A DNA stretch of 64,000 nt from Candidatus Latescibacterota bacterium (GCA_965248265.1 CBDFJF010000001.1:2016001-2080000); one strand, 5' to 3'. Shown: positions 38,556 through 49,071, counted from the stretch's first letter. Program-made: numbers and translations. Notes: generated from the sequence alone by a model not told the origin.

Positions 38556-39812
38556 ATGAGTTTACCGCGAATGATGAAGGTGCGTCAGCATTTCGACGGC
38601 CCAACCCTCAAAGACATCGAAGGGGCCGTACGGGCAGAGGTCGCCAAAATGAACCTGGATAACCGGGTGAAACCGGGCGACAGCGTCGCCATCAGTGTTG
38701 GCAGCAGGGGGGTGGCCAACATCGCCCTGATAACGAAGACGCTGATCGAAGAGCTCAAGGCGGCTGGCACCGAGCCCTTCATCGTTCCGGCCATGGGCAG
38801 TCACGGCGGCGGCACCGCCGAGGGTCAGCGCGCCATCATCGAGGGGTATGGGGTCAGGGAGGAGTACATCGGGGCCCCAATCCGGGCGACGATGGAGGTG
38901 GAAAAGGTCTCGGAGACGGAGGATGGAGTCCCCGTCTACTTCGACAAGTACGCCTTCGAGGCGGACCACGTCGTCGTCATGGGACGGGTCAAGCCGCATA
39001 CATCATTCAATGGGGAAATCGAGAGCGGACTCCACAAGATGATGCTGATCGGCCTCGGCAAGCACAAAGGCGCCGCTCTGTATCACCGGGCCATCGTTCA
39101 CTACAGCTTCGACCGCATCGTGCGATCCGTCGGCCAGCAGGTGATTGACAAGTGTGGTATCCTCTTCGGGCTGGGCATCGTCGAAAATCAGTACGACCGC
39201 ACTGCCCTGATACGAGCGGCATCGCCGGAAGACTTTCTCGAAACTGAGAAGGAAATGCTGATCCTGGCCAAACGCTGGTTACCCAGCATCCCCTTCGACC
39301 GCATCGACTTGTTGATCGTCGACTACATCGGCAAGAATATCAGCGGCTCGGGCATGGATACGAATGTCGTCGGCCGCAAGTACAACGATCATCATGCGAT
39401 CGACAAAGAATTCCCGAAGATCACCCGCATCTTCGTCCGTGATCTGACGGAGGAGACCCACGGCAACGCCTGCGGCATCGGTATCGCCGAGTACACGCAC
39501 AAGCGCATGACTGAAAAAATCGATCACTCCGCCACCGCCATAAACGCGATGACCGGGAACCACCCGTCTGCGGCGGCCATGGCCATCTACTTCGACACCG
39601 ATCGCGAGGTGTTGAATGCAGCCTTGAAAACCGTCGGCCTGGTGGACCCTGAAAACGCCAGAGTCGTCCGCATCACCGATACCTTGCATTTGGAGGAGAT
39701 TCAGGTCTCTGAATCTCTCATGCCAGAGATCGAAAAGCGCGACGACCTCACCGTCACTGAACCACTCGCCGAGATGTCCTTCGACGGCGCCGGAGACCTG
39801 CACCCCCTGTAG
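38556..39812 (+). CDS. Lactate-racemase (LarA)-like domain protein
   Basis: GSRGVAN, PAMGSHGG, RVKPHT, ESGLHKM, GKNISGSGMDTNV, HGNACGIG. Confidence 0.7.
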   Translation: MSLPRMMKVRQHFDGPTLKDIEGAVRAEVAKMNLDNRVKPGDSVAISVGSRGVANIALITKTLIEELKAAGTEPFIVPAMGSHGGGTAEGQRAIIEGYGVREEYIGAPIRATMEVEKVSETEDGVPVYFDKYAFEADHVVVMGRVKPHTSFNGEIESGLHKMMLIGLGKHKGAALYHRAIVHYSFDRIVRSVGQQVIDKCGILFGLGIVENQYDRTALIRAASPEDFLETEKEMLILAKRWLPSIPFDRIDLLIVDYIGKNISGSGMDTNVVGRKYNDHHAIDKEFPKITRIFVRDLTEETHGNACGIGIAEYTHKRMTEKIDHSATAINAMTGNHPSAAAMAIYFDTDREVLNAALKTVGLVDPENARVVRITDTLHLEEIQVSESLMPEIEKRDDLTVTEPLAEMSFDGAGDLHPL

Positions 39813-39890
39813 CCGTCCAGCGACACGTAACGAGGACCCAACCGCTTGCATCATGCTGCTGGTTGACGAAACGACTCGAGACCCCGCACC

Positions 39891-40907
39891 ATGCTGAATC
39901 TCGGTTTCATCGGCTGCGGTGGCATCGCCCGGCATCACGCAGCACGACTGTGCCAACTGCCCAAGTCGGTGCGACTCACCGCCACCGCTGATCCCAACCG
40001 GACGGCCGCGGACGCGCTGGCGCGTGACTTCGGCGGTCATGATGTCTCCGTGTTCACAGACTACCACGATCTGTTGAAATCCGGGAAGGTTGACGCGGTC
40101 CTCGTCTGCACGCCGACCTACCTCCACGCACCACCCGTCATCGCCGCGGCCCGCGCCGGCGTGCACGTGTTCTGCGAGAAGCCGATGGCTCTAAAAATCG
40201 GCGACGCCCATCGCATGGCCGAAGCCTGCGAACGTCACGGAATCCGTCTCACCATCGGCTTTGTCAGACGCTTCGATCCATTCTGGGGCTGCATGCGCAA
40301 GATCGTGGAGTCGGGGGTACTCGGCAGCCCCGTTATCTGGCGTTCGGTTTCCGCCGGACACCAGAGCACGGTGTGGATGCGGGACGCCGACAAAGGGGGC
40401 GGCCCTCTCATGGATGGGGGTGTTCACAACTACGATTTCGCGTTGCAGATGCTCGGTCCGGCGGAGTCGGTGCAGGCCTCATCCGCGCGTTTCGACGCAA
40501 CCAGCGTGGGTGCCGACACGACCAGCGCCATCGTGACCTTCGCAGCTGGCCACCAGCTGCTCATGAACTGGTCCTGGGGCCTGCCGGAAGGCGTCAGTTC
40601 GAGCGGTATCAATGACATCATCGGCCCCGCAGGCGCACTGCCGATTCAGCCTGCAATTCCCGACAATGCCCCCAAGGGGTTCGACCCCAAGCGGCAGGCT
40701 GCCCTCGTCGTCAGCTTGAAAGGAGGCGTACAGCGCGTTCGCACTTACCGCCGGGAGGACATGTTCGCGCAGCAACTCAAACATGTGTGCCGCCACTTCG
40801 CCCGCGACACCCAGCCGCTGGTCACGGCCGCTGACGGCATCAACGCCTTGGAAGTCGCCGTCGCCGTCCTCAAATCGGGCCGGTCCAGACGCACAGTGCG
40901 ACTGTAG
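39891..40907 (+). CDS. Gfo/Idh/MocA-family oxidoreductase
   Basis: IGCGGIA, HVFCEKPMA, GFVRRF, GGPLMDGGVHNYD. Confidence 0.92.
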   Translation: MLNLGFIGCGGIARHHAARLCQLPKSVRLTATADPNRTAADALARDFGGHDVSVFTDYHDLLKSGKVDAVLVCTPTYLHAPPVIAAARAGVHVFCEKPMALKIGDAHRMAEACERHGIRLTIGFVRRFDPFWGCMRKIVESGVLGSPVIWRSVSAGHQSTVWMRDADKGGGPLMDGGVHNYDFALQMLGPAESVQASSARFDATSVGADTTSAIVTFAAGHQLLMNWSWGLPEGVSSSGINDIIGPAGALPIQPAIPDNAPKGFDPKRQAALVVSLKGGVQRVRTYRREDMFAQQLKHVCRHFARDTQPLVTAADGINALEVAVAVLKSGRSRRTVRL

Positions 40908-41063
40908 CCTTGCTGCGCGAGAGCCTCTTGTCGATCGGCGGGCAGCTTCGTAAGTGACAGTTTTATCTTGATTTGAGACCGATTTGGCCGTACTGTGTTT
41001 GGCTGAATGCGGCTATTTGAGGGTTTTTCTGCGCAGCCTGCTGTCACAAAAGGAGCGTTCGAC

Positions 41064-42302
41064 ATGTTGAAGTGGTCCAGATCACTCATTTGCCTGCAGT
41101 TGGTGGCCCTGCCACTGGTGTCTTCCGGGTACGCCGAGACCGACGACAAGGGAGACATTATGGATTCGCTGCGGCGAAAGACGCCCAGTGGTCAATACAT
41201 CGATCCCGCCAGTTTCTTCAGGTTCCACGGCTACATCAGTCTCAGTTACATGCAGGCGGATGATGACCTGGGACCCGGCGCCAACGGCACGCCCAATATC
41301 CTGGTGAGTGGCCCCGGTCCCAGCGCCCTGACGGGCAAGAACGAAGGTGGTTTCCGCAACGACGCCGCCCTGTTCGTCGGCGGCGAGCCCTTCGAGGGAG
41401 TGGGCGGCATTATGGAAATCCACTTCGTCGGCGACGCGTCTGATCCGGTTATCACGGAAGCCAAAATGACCTGGGACGTGCTCACAGCAGACGATGGCGA
41501 TCTGACGCTGCGCTTCGCCGGAGGCCGTTTCTGGTGGCCCTTCGGCATTCACAACGGTGAGTGGTTCAGCGCCATCAACAATTTCAGCCTGTTGTCACCG
41601 ACGGCCACCGAGATCGTTCCCGCCCACTACAACGAAGTCGGCGTGATGGCCGAGGGCGAACTCAAGGTCAACGAGGGTCTTGGACTCAACTACGTCGCCG
41701 CCATCGGCAATGGCGTGCCGGGGTTTGGACTGATGGACAATGTCCGGGGCACCGGCGCCGACACCAACAGCAACCGCACCATCACCGGACGCGTGGGATT
41801 GCTGCTGCGCAGTGCCGGTGACATTGAAGTCGGTTTGAGCGCTGCCTCGGGCGAGTTGCGCTCGGTTGGCGATGCCACGATGGCCGGGGCGGCCGAAGGT
41901 TACGAGGGCGAGTTCAGCGCCTTCGGACCGGATCTTACGCTGAGCTGGCAGGCCTTGAGCCTGCGGTCCTACTACTACTCCTCGTCTGAGGACCTCAAGG
42001 GCGTTGCAGCCGGTGAGAATGACTCGATCAGCCGCAGCGGCTATACCTTCGAACCAATCTACACCTTGACTTCCGAGCGCGAGCGCCTCAACAGCGTATC
42101 CCTGATGCTACGCTACAGCATGGCCGAGGAGGAAAACCTGCAAGGTCAGACATTAACTCGTAGTCAGCTCGGCATCGGCGTGAAGACCAACATCACCGCC
42201 CAGTTCGTGGGACGCGCAGCCTACATGGTCCAAAGTGAGGACGATGCCCTCGCCGACGTGGACAATAATGCCTTCACGATCAGCTTCACGAACGACTTCT
42301 AA
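41064..42302 (+). CDS. Outer-membrane beta-barrel (porin-like) protein
   Basis: AAGGAG RBS, signal peptide ending GYA, alternating beta-strand pattern, C-terminal Phe. Confidence 0.65.
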   Translation: MLKWSRSLICLQLVALPLVSSGYAETDDKGDIMDSLRRKTPSGQYIDPASFFRFHGYISLSYMQADDDLGPGANGTPNILVSGPGPSALTGKNEGGFRNDAALFVGGEPFEGVGGIMEIHFVGDASDPVITEAKMTWDVLTADDGDLTLRFAGGRFWWPFGIHNGEWFSAINNFSLLSPTATEIVPAHYNEVGVMAEGELKVNEGLGLNYVAAIGNGVPGFGLMDNVRGTGADTNSNRTITGRVGLLLRSAGDIEVGLSAASGELRSVGDATMAGAAEGYEGEFSAFGPDLTLSWQALSLRSYYYSSSEDLKGVAAGENDSISRSGYTFEPIYTLTSERERLNSVSLMLRYSMAEEENLQGQTLTRSQLGIGVKTNITAQFVGRAAYMVQSEDDALADVDNNAFTISFTNDF

Positions 42303-42338
42303 CAAGCCTTCGGGCCTATTCACGGAGGTTTCGAGGCC

Positions 42339-42929
42339 ATGATGAATGACCGACTGTCATTTGGGCTGATGTGGCACCGGCGGGCGCTGGTGTGGGTCGT
42401 CCTGGCGGCTTGTGTAGCGATCGGCGTTGACGCGCAGGAGTCCGTCTCTCCGGCGAGTCAGGCTGAGCTCCTGCTCAAAGCCATGTCGTACGACAAGAAT
42501 CTGCTGAAGCGGTCCGGGGACGGTATCCGGATCGCCGTCGTCCATCGAGATGCCGTCGAGGATGCTACCAAACTCGTAAAGGCATTCGGCGTAGCGGGCA
42601 AGGACAAGGTGTCCGGGCTCGCCGTCAACGTCCGTGCCTTGCCGTTCTCGAACGTCGAAGACCTCTTGAAGCAGGTCGACTCGGGCGGCCTCAACGTCCT
42701 CTACGTCCACGCTTCGACGACGACGGCCCTGTCATCGATACAACAGGTAACCCGGGGCAGGAAGCTGTTGTCCGTGGGCGGCTCGAAGCAACTCGTCGAG
42801 CAGGGCGTCTCGCTCGGTGTGTACATGAAGAAGAACGTCCCCCGCCTGGCTGTGAATCAACGCTCGGCCAAGGTCGAGGGCCTGGATCTCAAACCCGCAA
42901 TCAAACTGATCTCCACAGTAATCAAATAG
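42339..42929 (+). CDS. YfiR/HmsC-family periplasmic protein (DUF4154-like)
   Basis: Signal peptide; LLLKAMSYDKNL; GVSLGV...PRLAVNQRSAKVEGLDL resembles the YfiR C-terminus. Confidence 0.7.
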   Translation: MMNDRLSFGLMWHRRALVWVVLAACVAIGVDAQESVSPASQAELLLKAMSYDKNLLKRSGDGIRIAVVHRDAVEDATKLVKAFGVAGKDKVSGLAVNVRALPFSNVEDLLKQVDSGGLNVLYVHASTTTALSSIQQVTRGRKLLSVGGSKQLVEQGVSLGVYMKKNVPRLAVNQRSAKVEGLDLKPAIKLISTVIK

Positions 42930-42997
42930 CAGAATCGAACGCAAACAGCACGATCCGAATGACGCTCGAGTTTCGTTAGCGTCTTTCGAACCAGCAG

Positions 42998-44554
42998 GTG
43001 ACCCTCATGTTGAAGATGGCCTCCATACGCTTCAAAATCATCGCGCCGCTCGCGGTCTTCATTCTGGGTATCGCTGTATTCAATGTCTACTACTTCCCCA
43101 CCAAAGAAGCCAGCATCATCAGCGCCGTTTTCGAAGACCGGCTGCGCCAGGCCGTCGCCACCCTTACCCTGGGCACGAGCATCTCAATCAGCTCGGGGAG
43201 CCTCGAGGGCGCTGAAGCTACCGTGCAGTTGTTGGAGCGTGATGAAAACATCGCCTTCCTCTTCGTCCTGGACCCCGACGGTGCTGAACTCATCAGTCAC
43301 GGCCAACCGGAAGAGGGTAGTGAGATGGAAAACCTGGAGGCCCTGGCGCAGCTACCGCAGTCCGTGTTCGTCGACAGGAAGCCGTACCTGCTGCTGAAGG
43401 AAGAGATCATCTTCGACGACGAGTTGCTTGGCTCCGCGATTGTCGGACTGGACACTAGAGAACGGGAACGGCTTATCCGCGAGAGCATCCTGTTCACGGT
43501 GATCGTCAACGTCATTCTGGCGGCGCTGGGTATAGGTGTCATCGTATGGGTGACCCAGTCCGTGATCCTCGCATCCGTGCGCGAAGCAGTCGATGTCGCG
43601 GAGGCCATCGCCACTGGTGATCTCACCGTCCAGGTAGGCGGCGAGCGCCAGGATGAGATGGGGCAGCTCTCGAATGCCATAAACGTCATGGCCGGTAACC
43701 TCGGATCCCTGATTGGACAAACGCAGCGATCGGGTATCCAGATAACCTCGTCGGTGACTCAGCTGGCGGCTTCGGGTAAGCAGTTGGAGGCGACGGTCAA
43801 CCAACAGGCAGCGGCGACCAATCAGGTAGTAGCCACAGCCAAGGAGATCTCTTCCACTTCACACGAACTTCTATCGACCATGGGTGAAGTCTCATCGATG
43901 GCCGAGGACACAGTGGGATCCGCCGATTCTGGCCGCCAGGGTCTCAACCGTATGGAGTCGACGATGCAGGAGATGGAAGAAGCGACACAATCCATCTCCT
44001 CCAAGCTGGCCGTCATCAATGAGAAGGCCTCGAGCATCAACTCGGTGGTCACGACCATCACCAAAGTCGCGGACCAGACCAATCTCCTGTCCCTCAACGC
44101 GGCCATTGAAGCGGAAAAGGCCGGAGAATACGGCGTCGGTTTCGCCGTGGTCGCGCGGGAAATTCGACGGCTCGCCGATCAGACCGCGGTGGCCACCCTG
44201 GACATCGAGCAAACCGTGAAGGAAATGCGCTCCAGCGTCAGCGCCGGTGTCATGAGCATGGACAAATTCTCGGAGCAGGTTCGGCGCGGCGCTGACGAAA
44301 TTCGCAATGTGGGAACCCAGCTGGCCGGTATCATCGAACAGGTTCATGCCCTGACCCCCCGTTTCGACACAGTTGAGCAGGGCATGGAGGCTCAGTCCCA
44401 GGGAGCGGTTCAAATCAGCGAATCGATGGTCCAACTCAACGACGGGGCGCAGCAGACGGCGACCTCGCTACGCGAGACCAACGAAACGCTCGAGCAACTC
44501 TCGCAGGCCGCCCACGACATGCAGGCAGAAATCGCCCGCTTCAAGCTCACCTGA
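42998..44554 (+). CDS. Methyl-accepting chemotaxis protein, WspA-like
   Basis: Two TM helices, HAMP (DEMGQL), [40 protein letters not shown]. Confidence 0.92.
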   Translation: MTLMLKMASIRFKIIAPLAVFILGIAVFNVYYFPTKEASIISAVFEDRLRQAVATLTLGTSISISSGSLEGAEATVQLLERDENIAFLFVLDPDGAELISHGQPEEGSEMENLEALAQLPQSVFVDRKPYLLLKEEIIFDDELLGSAIVGLDTRERERLIRESILFTVIVNVILAALGIGVIVWVTQSVILASVREAVDVAEAIATGDLTVQVGGERQDEMGQLSNAINVMAGNLGSLIGQTQRSGIQITSSVTQLAASGKQLEATVNQQAAATNQVVATAKEISSTSHELLSTMGEVSSMAEDTVGSADSGRQGLNRMESTMQEMEEATQSISSKLAVINEKASSINSVVTTITKVADQTNLLSLNAAIEAEKAGEYGVGFAVVAREIRRLADQTAVATLDIEQTVKEMRSSVSAGVMSMDKFSEQVRRGADEIRNVGTQLAGIIEQVHALTPRFDTVEQGMEAQSQGAVQISESMVQLNDGAQQTATSLRETNETLEQLSQAAHDMQAEIARFKLT

Positions 44555-44591
44555 CCGCTGCCACTGACTGCGAAGCCACACGACCCTTCTG

Positions 44592-44842
44592 ATGGACCAT
44601 CTCCCGTCCGCTGATGCTCTCGTCCAGGTCCTCGACCCCCTGATCCGGCAGCGTACAGGGGTCGATTTGGCTGAGATGAACGCGACGATGCTGCGCACGG
44701 CTGTCGCCCAACACATGCAGGACCTGGGCATCGAAGAGTTTTCCGCCTATGGGCAGCTGCTCCACGGCGCAGAAACCCGCGTCGACGAGCTCTCTGAGAG
44801 GCTGGCGGTGATAGAATCCTGGTTCTTTCGCGATGTCGGTCC
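44592..44842 (+). pseudogene. N-terminal remnant of a CheR/WspC methyltransferase
   Basis: RQRTGVD...ELSERLAVIESWFFRD, after which similarity stops; no SAM-binding domain. Confidence 0.75.
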
Positions 44843-45001
44843 CTCTACGATCTGCGACCACGAGACCTCAGTGAGCCGCCGGTTACCGTGGGCACGGCGA
44901 CCTCGACGCTGACCCGTAGTTTGTTTCATTGGCACGACAAGGACGTGGCCTTGCTTGACGATGATGCCCTCTTTGCCGGTTTGCGGAGCAGAGTGCTGTG
45001 A
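44843..45001 (+). pseudogene. C-terminal remnant of a CheW/WspD-like adaptor
   Basis: Start-less frame LYDLRPRDLSEPPVTVGTATSTLTRSLFHWHDKDVALLDDDALFAGLRSRVL*; its TGA overlaps the GTG of the kinase gene. Confidence 0.65.
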
Positions 45002-47265
45002 CCGAAGACGGGATGAGTGATTTCTTCGACGATCTAGGGTTGCTGGACTTGTTCAGCACGGAGATGGAATCCCTGTCTGGCGTGCTCAACAATGGCTTGC
45101 TGGCGCTGGAGCGCGACCCCTCCGACAACAGCGGCATCGAGGAGTTGATGCGTGCGGCCCACTCCGCCAAGGGTGCAGCACGGATTGCTCAGTTAGACCC
45201 GATCGTCGAATTGGCGCATGCCATGGAGGACTACTTCGTGGCCGTTCAGGAGGGCAAGGCGCATGTCGCCGCCGAGCATGTCGACGTGTTGCTCGCCGGC
45301 GTCGATGCGATGGAGCAACTATCCAAGGTGGCCACCGATGAGTTCTCGCAGTGGCTGGAGAGCCAGCAAACCGGCATCTCCGCACAGGTTGACAGAGTGC
45401 AGTCGCTGACTTCGAAGGAAGCTGCTCCGGCCGGCCCGCCGCCCCCGGTGCCCGAAGCGCCTCTTGATTCCGATCTTCAACAACTGCCAGCGGCGAGCGC
45501 CAGCGATGCGGCTGAAGGAAAGGAGGCGCGCGATCGCGTCGTCCGTCTCACCTCCGACAGCCTCGACCGTCTGATGTCACTGGCTGGTGAGGTACGTGTC
45601 GACACCTTGTGGCTGCGGCCGTACGCCGACTCGCTGCTGCAACTGAAATCCAGCCAGGCGGGCCTTGCCAACATCCTGGAAAACATTCGCCGTGCAGAGG
45701 GAGAGAACGGTGAGACCTCCAGCGCCGACTTCGATGAGGCCCAACAAAGGATCGAGGACTGCCGCAACATGCTGGCCGAACGCATGGAAACGCTCGAGAC
45801 CTTCGCGCGCCGCACGGCCGACCTGAGCAGCCGCTTGTACCGAGAGGTTATCAACAGCCGCATGCGGCCGTTCTCCGACGGAGGGCAGGGGCTGCTTCGA
45901 CTGGTCCGCGATATGGCCCGTTCGCTGGGCAAGAAGGTGCGACTCGAGACCGTCGGCGAAGACACCGACGTCGATCGCGACATACTAGAAAGGCTTGAAG
46001 CCCCCCTCACCCATCTCGTACGCAACTCCCTCGATCATGGGATCGAACTTCCGGCCGAGCGCGTCGCGGCGGGCAAGCCAGAGGAAGGCGTGATCCGGCT
46101 GGAGGCCAGGCACAGCGCCGGCATGCTATCCATCGTCATTTCCGACGACGGCAAGGGCATCGACCTGACGAAAGTCCGCGCCAAGGTGATCGAACGTGGC
46201 CTGACCGATGAGAGTACAGCCGAAAGCCTGTCCGACACCGAGCTGCTCGAATTTCTGTTCCTGCCGGGCTTCTCCACGGCCACGGAAGTGACGGAAATCT
46301 CCGGCCGCGGCGTTGGCATGGACGTCGTCCAGAGCATGGTTCAGGAGGTGGGTGGCATCATTCACTCGACGACTCAGCTCGGCAGTGGCACTTCGTTCCA
46401 CATGCAGCTCCCCTTGACGCTGTCGGTAACGCGTACCCTGATGATGAAAATCGGCGACGAACCATACGCACTGCCCATCGCCCGTGTCGACCGGACCGTG
46501 GTGCTGCCGCATGACCAGATCGAGTTGGTGGAGGGCAAGGAGTATGTCAGTCATGAAGGCAAGCGGATCGGCCTGGTGTCGGCCAGGCAGATCCTTGAAA
46601 TTGGCGCCGGCCACGAACGTTCTGACGTCCTCCACGTCGTCGTCGTCAGCGACCGCCTCAACACCTACGGTTTGGTCGTCGACGCTTTCCTGGGAGAGCA
46701 TGACCTCGTCGTCAGGCCGCTCGACCCGCGCCTTGGCAAAGTGCAGGATGTGAGCTCGGCCGCCTTCACGGAGGAGGGCGCACCCATCCTCGTGCTCGAT
46801 TCTGACGACCTGGTGCGCTCGATCGATGCGCTCATCAGTGGCGATCGCCTGCGAAAGGTCGTCCAGGTCGACGGCGAGGCTGTCGGTGTCGAACACAAGC
46901 GCGTGCTCGTAGTGGACGATTCCATCACCGTGCGGGAGGTAGAACGAAAGCTCCTCGAAAACCGAGGCTATGAAGTAGATGTGGCCGTCGATGGAGTAGA
47001 CGGTTGGAACGCCGTGCGCCAGAAGACCTACGACCTGATCATCAGCGACGTCGACATGCCGAGAATGACCGGGATCGAATTGGTGCGCCATATCAAGAGA
47101 GACCCGGAGCTAAAATCGGTTCCGGTGATGATCGTGTCCTACAAGGACCGTGAAGAAGACCGTTTGCTGGGACTCGAAGCAGGTGCCAACTACTACCTAA
47201 CCAAGAGCAGCTTTCGCGACGAGACACTCCTCGACGCCGTGCGAGAACTGATAGGCAATGCCTGA
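44998..47265 (+). CDS. Hybrid CheA kinase (Hpt-HATPase-CheW-REC), WspE-like
   Basis: LMRAAHSAKGAAR, HLVRNSLDHGIE, SGRGVGMDVV, VVDDSITVRE, IVSYKDREED. Confidence 0.92.
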   Translation: MTEDGMSDFFDDLGLLDLFSTEMESLSGVLNNGLLALERDPSDNSGIEELMRAAHSAKGAARIAQLDPIVELAHAMEDYFVAVQEGKAHVAAEHVDVLLAGVDAMEQLSKVATDEFSQWLESQQTGISAQVDRVQSLTSKEAAPAGPPPPVPEAPLDSDLQQLPAASASDAAEGKEARDRVVRLTSDSLDRLMSLAGEVRVDTLWLRPYADSLLQLKSSQAGLANILENIRRAEGENGETSSADFDEAQQRIEDCRNMLAERMETLETFARRTADLSSRLYREVINSRMRPFSDGGQGLLRLVRDMARSLGKKVRLETVGEDTDVDRDILERLEAPLTHLVRNSLDHGIELPAERVAAGKPEEGVIRLEARHSAGMLSIVISDDGKGIDLTKVRAKVIERGLTDESTAESLSDTELLEFLFLPGFSTATEVTEISGRGVGMDVVQSMVQEVGGIIHSTTQLGSGTSFHMQLPLTLSVTRTLMMKIGDEPYALPIARVDRTVVLPHDQIELVEGKEYVSHEGKRIGLVSARQILEIGAGHERSDVLHVVVVSDRLNTYGLVVDAFLGEHDLVVRPLDPRLGKVQDVSSAAFTEEGAPILVLDSDDLVRSIDALISGDRLRKVVQVDGEAVGVEHKRVLVVDDSITVREVERKLLENRGYEVDVAVDGVDGWNAVRQKTYDLIISDVDMPRMTGIELVRHIKRDPELKSVPVMIVSYKDREEDRLLGLEAGANYYLTKSSFRDETLLDAVRELIGNA

Positions 47266-47290
47266 CTGGTGTGAAGGAATAGGCTAGACC

Positions 47291-47671
47291 ATGGTCATAC
47301 GCACAAAGAAGAACGTCCTCATTGTCGACGACTCACCCTTCATTCGCGAAATGGTCGGCAAGATCGTCGAACGCCTGGGACACCTTGTCTCCAAGGCTGG
47401 GGATGGCATCGAGGGCATCGCGGTCGCCAGCAACCAGGAAATCGACGTAATCATCCTCGACGTCCAGATGCCCAAAAAAGACGGGTTGCAGACGCTCAAC
47501 GAGCTGCGCGCCGATCCACGCCACGCTCAAACGCCCATAATCATGCTCACCTCGGTCGGAGATGGCGATATCGTCAAGCGCAGCATCCAGGGGAAGGCGA
47601 CACACTACCTCCTCAAGGACGACCCCCAGGAAATCATGAAGCGGCTCAAAGAAGTCTTCGCTACGCTCTGA
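47291..47671 (+). CDS. Single-domain response regulator (CheY-like)
   Basis: LIVDDS, ILDVQMP, MLTS, YLLK. Confidence 0.9.
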   Translation: MVIRTKKNVLIVDDSPFIREMVGKIVERLGHLVSKAGDGIEGIAVASNQEIDVIILDVQMPKKDGLQTLNELRADPRHAQTPIIMLTSVGDGDIVKRSIQGKATHYLLKDDPQEIMKRLKEVFATL

Positions 47672-47829
47672 TGGACAGCTGAGTTCGCGTCAGTGGACCT
47701 TCCGGATCGAGCCACCGTCGCTCGATCCGGGCAGCGAGATTCCCCTTGCGGGGGTTCGCCCCGCACGCGAAGCTATGTCTCCAACCGCTGACCCCATCCC
47801 CCACTTCCCAATCCTCACATAGACTGCAC

Positions 47830-49071
47830 ATGACAAAGCCCGGCGCCGAGGCCTGGAAGTCGTCGACTCTGGCCAAGACCTACATCGAGGAGGTCCGCAT
47901 GGGCATCCCCCTGGCTGAAGAGCAGATCGATATCATGCTGCGGCTCGTCGCCTCCAAAGACCAGCCGATGTCGAACTTTCTGGACCTTGGCTGCGGCAAC
48001 GGCATCCTCACCTCCGCGCTGCTGGACAGCCATCCGGAGGCACGCGGAGTCCTCGTGGATTTTTCAGCCCCGATGCTGGATGCCGCTCGTACGGCGCTAT
48101 CAGACCACGCAGCGAAGCTCACCTTCGCCGAACTCGACTATGGAGATCCTTCCTGGTCTGAGGCAGTAGCCCGGCACGGGCCGTTCGATGTCGTCGTCTC
48201 CGGGTTCTCCATTCACCATCAGACGGATGTGCGCAAACGCGGACTGTACGCGGAGATCTTCGACCTGCTCGGACCCGACGGTCTGTTCGTAAACATCGAA
48301 CATGTGGCTTCGGTCAACGCCTGGGTGCGCCAGCGTTTCGACGACTACTGCATCGATTCCTTCTACGCAACCCATGTGAAGGGGGGCGGCACGCGTACGC
48401 GGGAGGAAATTGCGGTCGAGTTCTATCACCGTCCGGATAAAGCAGCCAACATTCTCGCTCTGGTCGAGGATCAATGCGCCTGGTTGCGTCAGACCGGCTT
48501 CCAGGATGTCGATTGCTATCTCAAGATCCTCGAGCTGGCCGTTTTCGGCGGACGACGCCCCCCGGTGAGCGCTGACCCGGTGTCCAGTCCAATTGTGCTG
48601 CGACCGATCGCCTCTGAAGACCGCGATTGGATCGTGGAAATGCTGAAGCAGCACTGGAGCGCGACCACCGTCGTCGCCCGCGGCCGCACCTTTCAGGGTG
48701 ACGAGCTGCCTGGGTTCGTCGCCCTCATCAACGACGAGCGCGTAGGATTGGCGACCCACAGTATCGAAGAGGGAGAGTGCGAAATCATCACCCTCAATTC
48801 CTTCCGGCGCGGCCTCGGTATTGGCACCGCGTTGGTAGAGGCAGTGCGCGAGGCTGTCGCTGCCAAGGGCATCAAGCGGCTGTGGGCGGTGACGACGAAC
48901 GATAACACCGGGGCGCTCGCCTTCTACCAGAAGATCGGCTTCAGCATCACGGCCGTGTACCCCGGGGCCTTCGACTCCGCCCGCAAACTGAAACCGGAGT
49001 TGCCCCTCATCGGTTACGACGGCATACCGCTCAATGACGAGATCGAGCTCGAACTGACGCTGACAACGTAG
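47830..49071 (+). CDS. Class I SAM methyltransferase fused to a GNAT acetyltransferase
   Basis: LDLGCGNG and SGFSIHH in the N-terminal part; RRGLGIGTAL and TTNDNTGALAFYQKIGF in the C-terminal part. Confidence 0.8.
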   Translation: MTKPGAEAWKSSTLAKTYIEEVRMGIPLAEEQIDIMLRLVASKDQPMSNFLDLGCGNGILTSALLDSHPEARGVLVDFSAPMLDAARTALSDHAAKLTFAELDYGDPSWSEAVARHGPFDVVVSGFSIHHQTDVRKRGLYAEIFDLLGPDGLFVNIEHVASVNAWVRQRFDDYCIDSFYATHVKGGGTRTREEIAVEFYHRPDKAANILALVEDQCAWLRQTGFQDVDCYLKILELAVFGGRRPPVSADPVSSPIVLRPIASEDRDWIVEMLKQHWSATTVVARGRTFQGDELPGFVALINDERVGLATHSIEEGECEIITLNSFRRGLGIGTALVEAVREAVAAKGIKRLWAVTTNDNTGALAFYQKIGFSITAVYPGAFDSARKLKPELPLIGYDGIPLNDEIELELTLTT

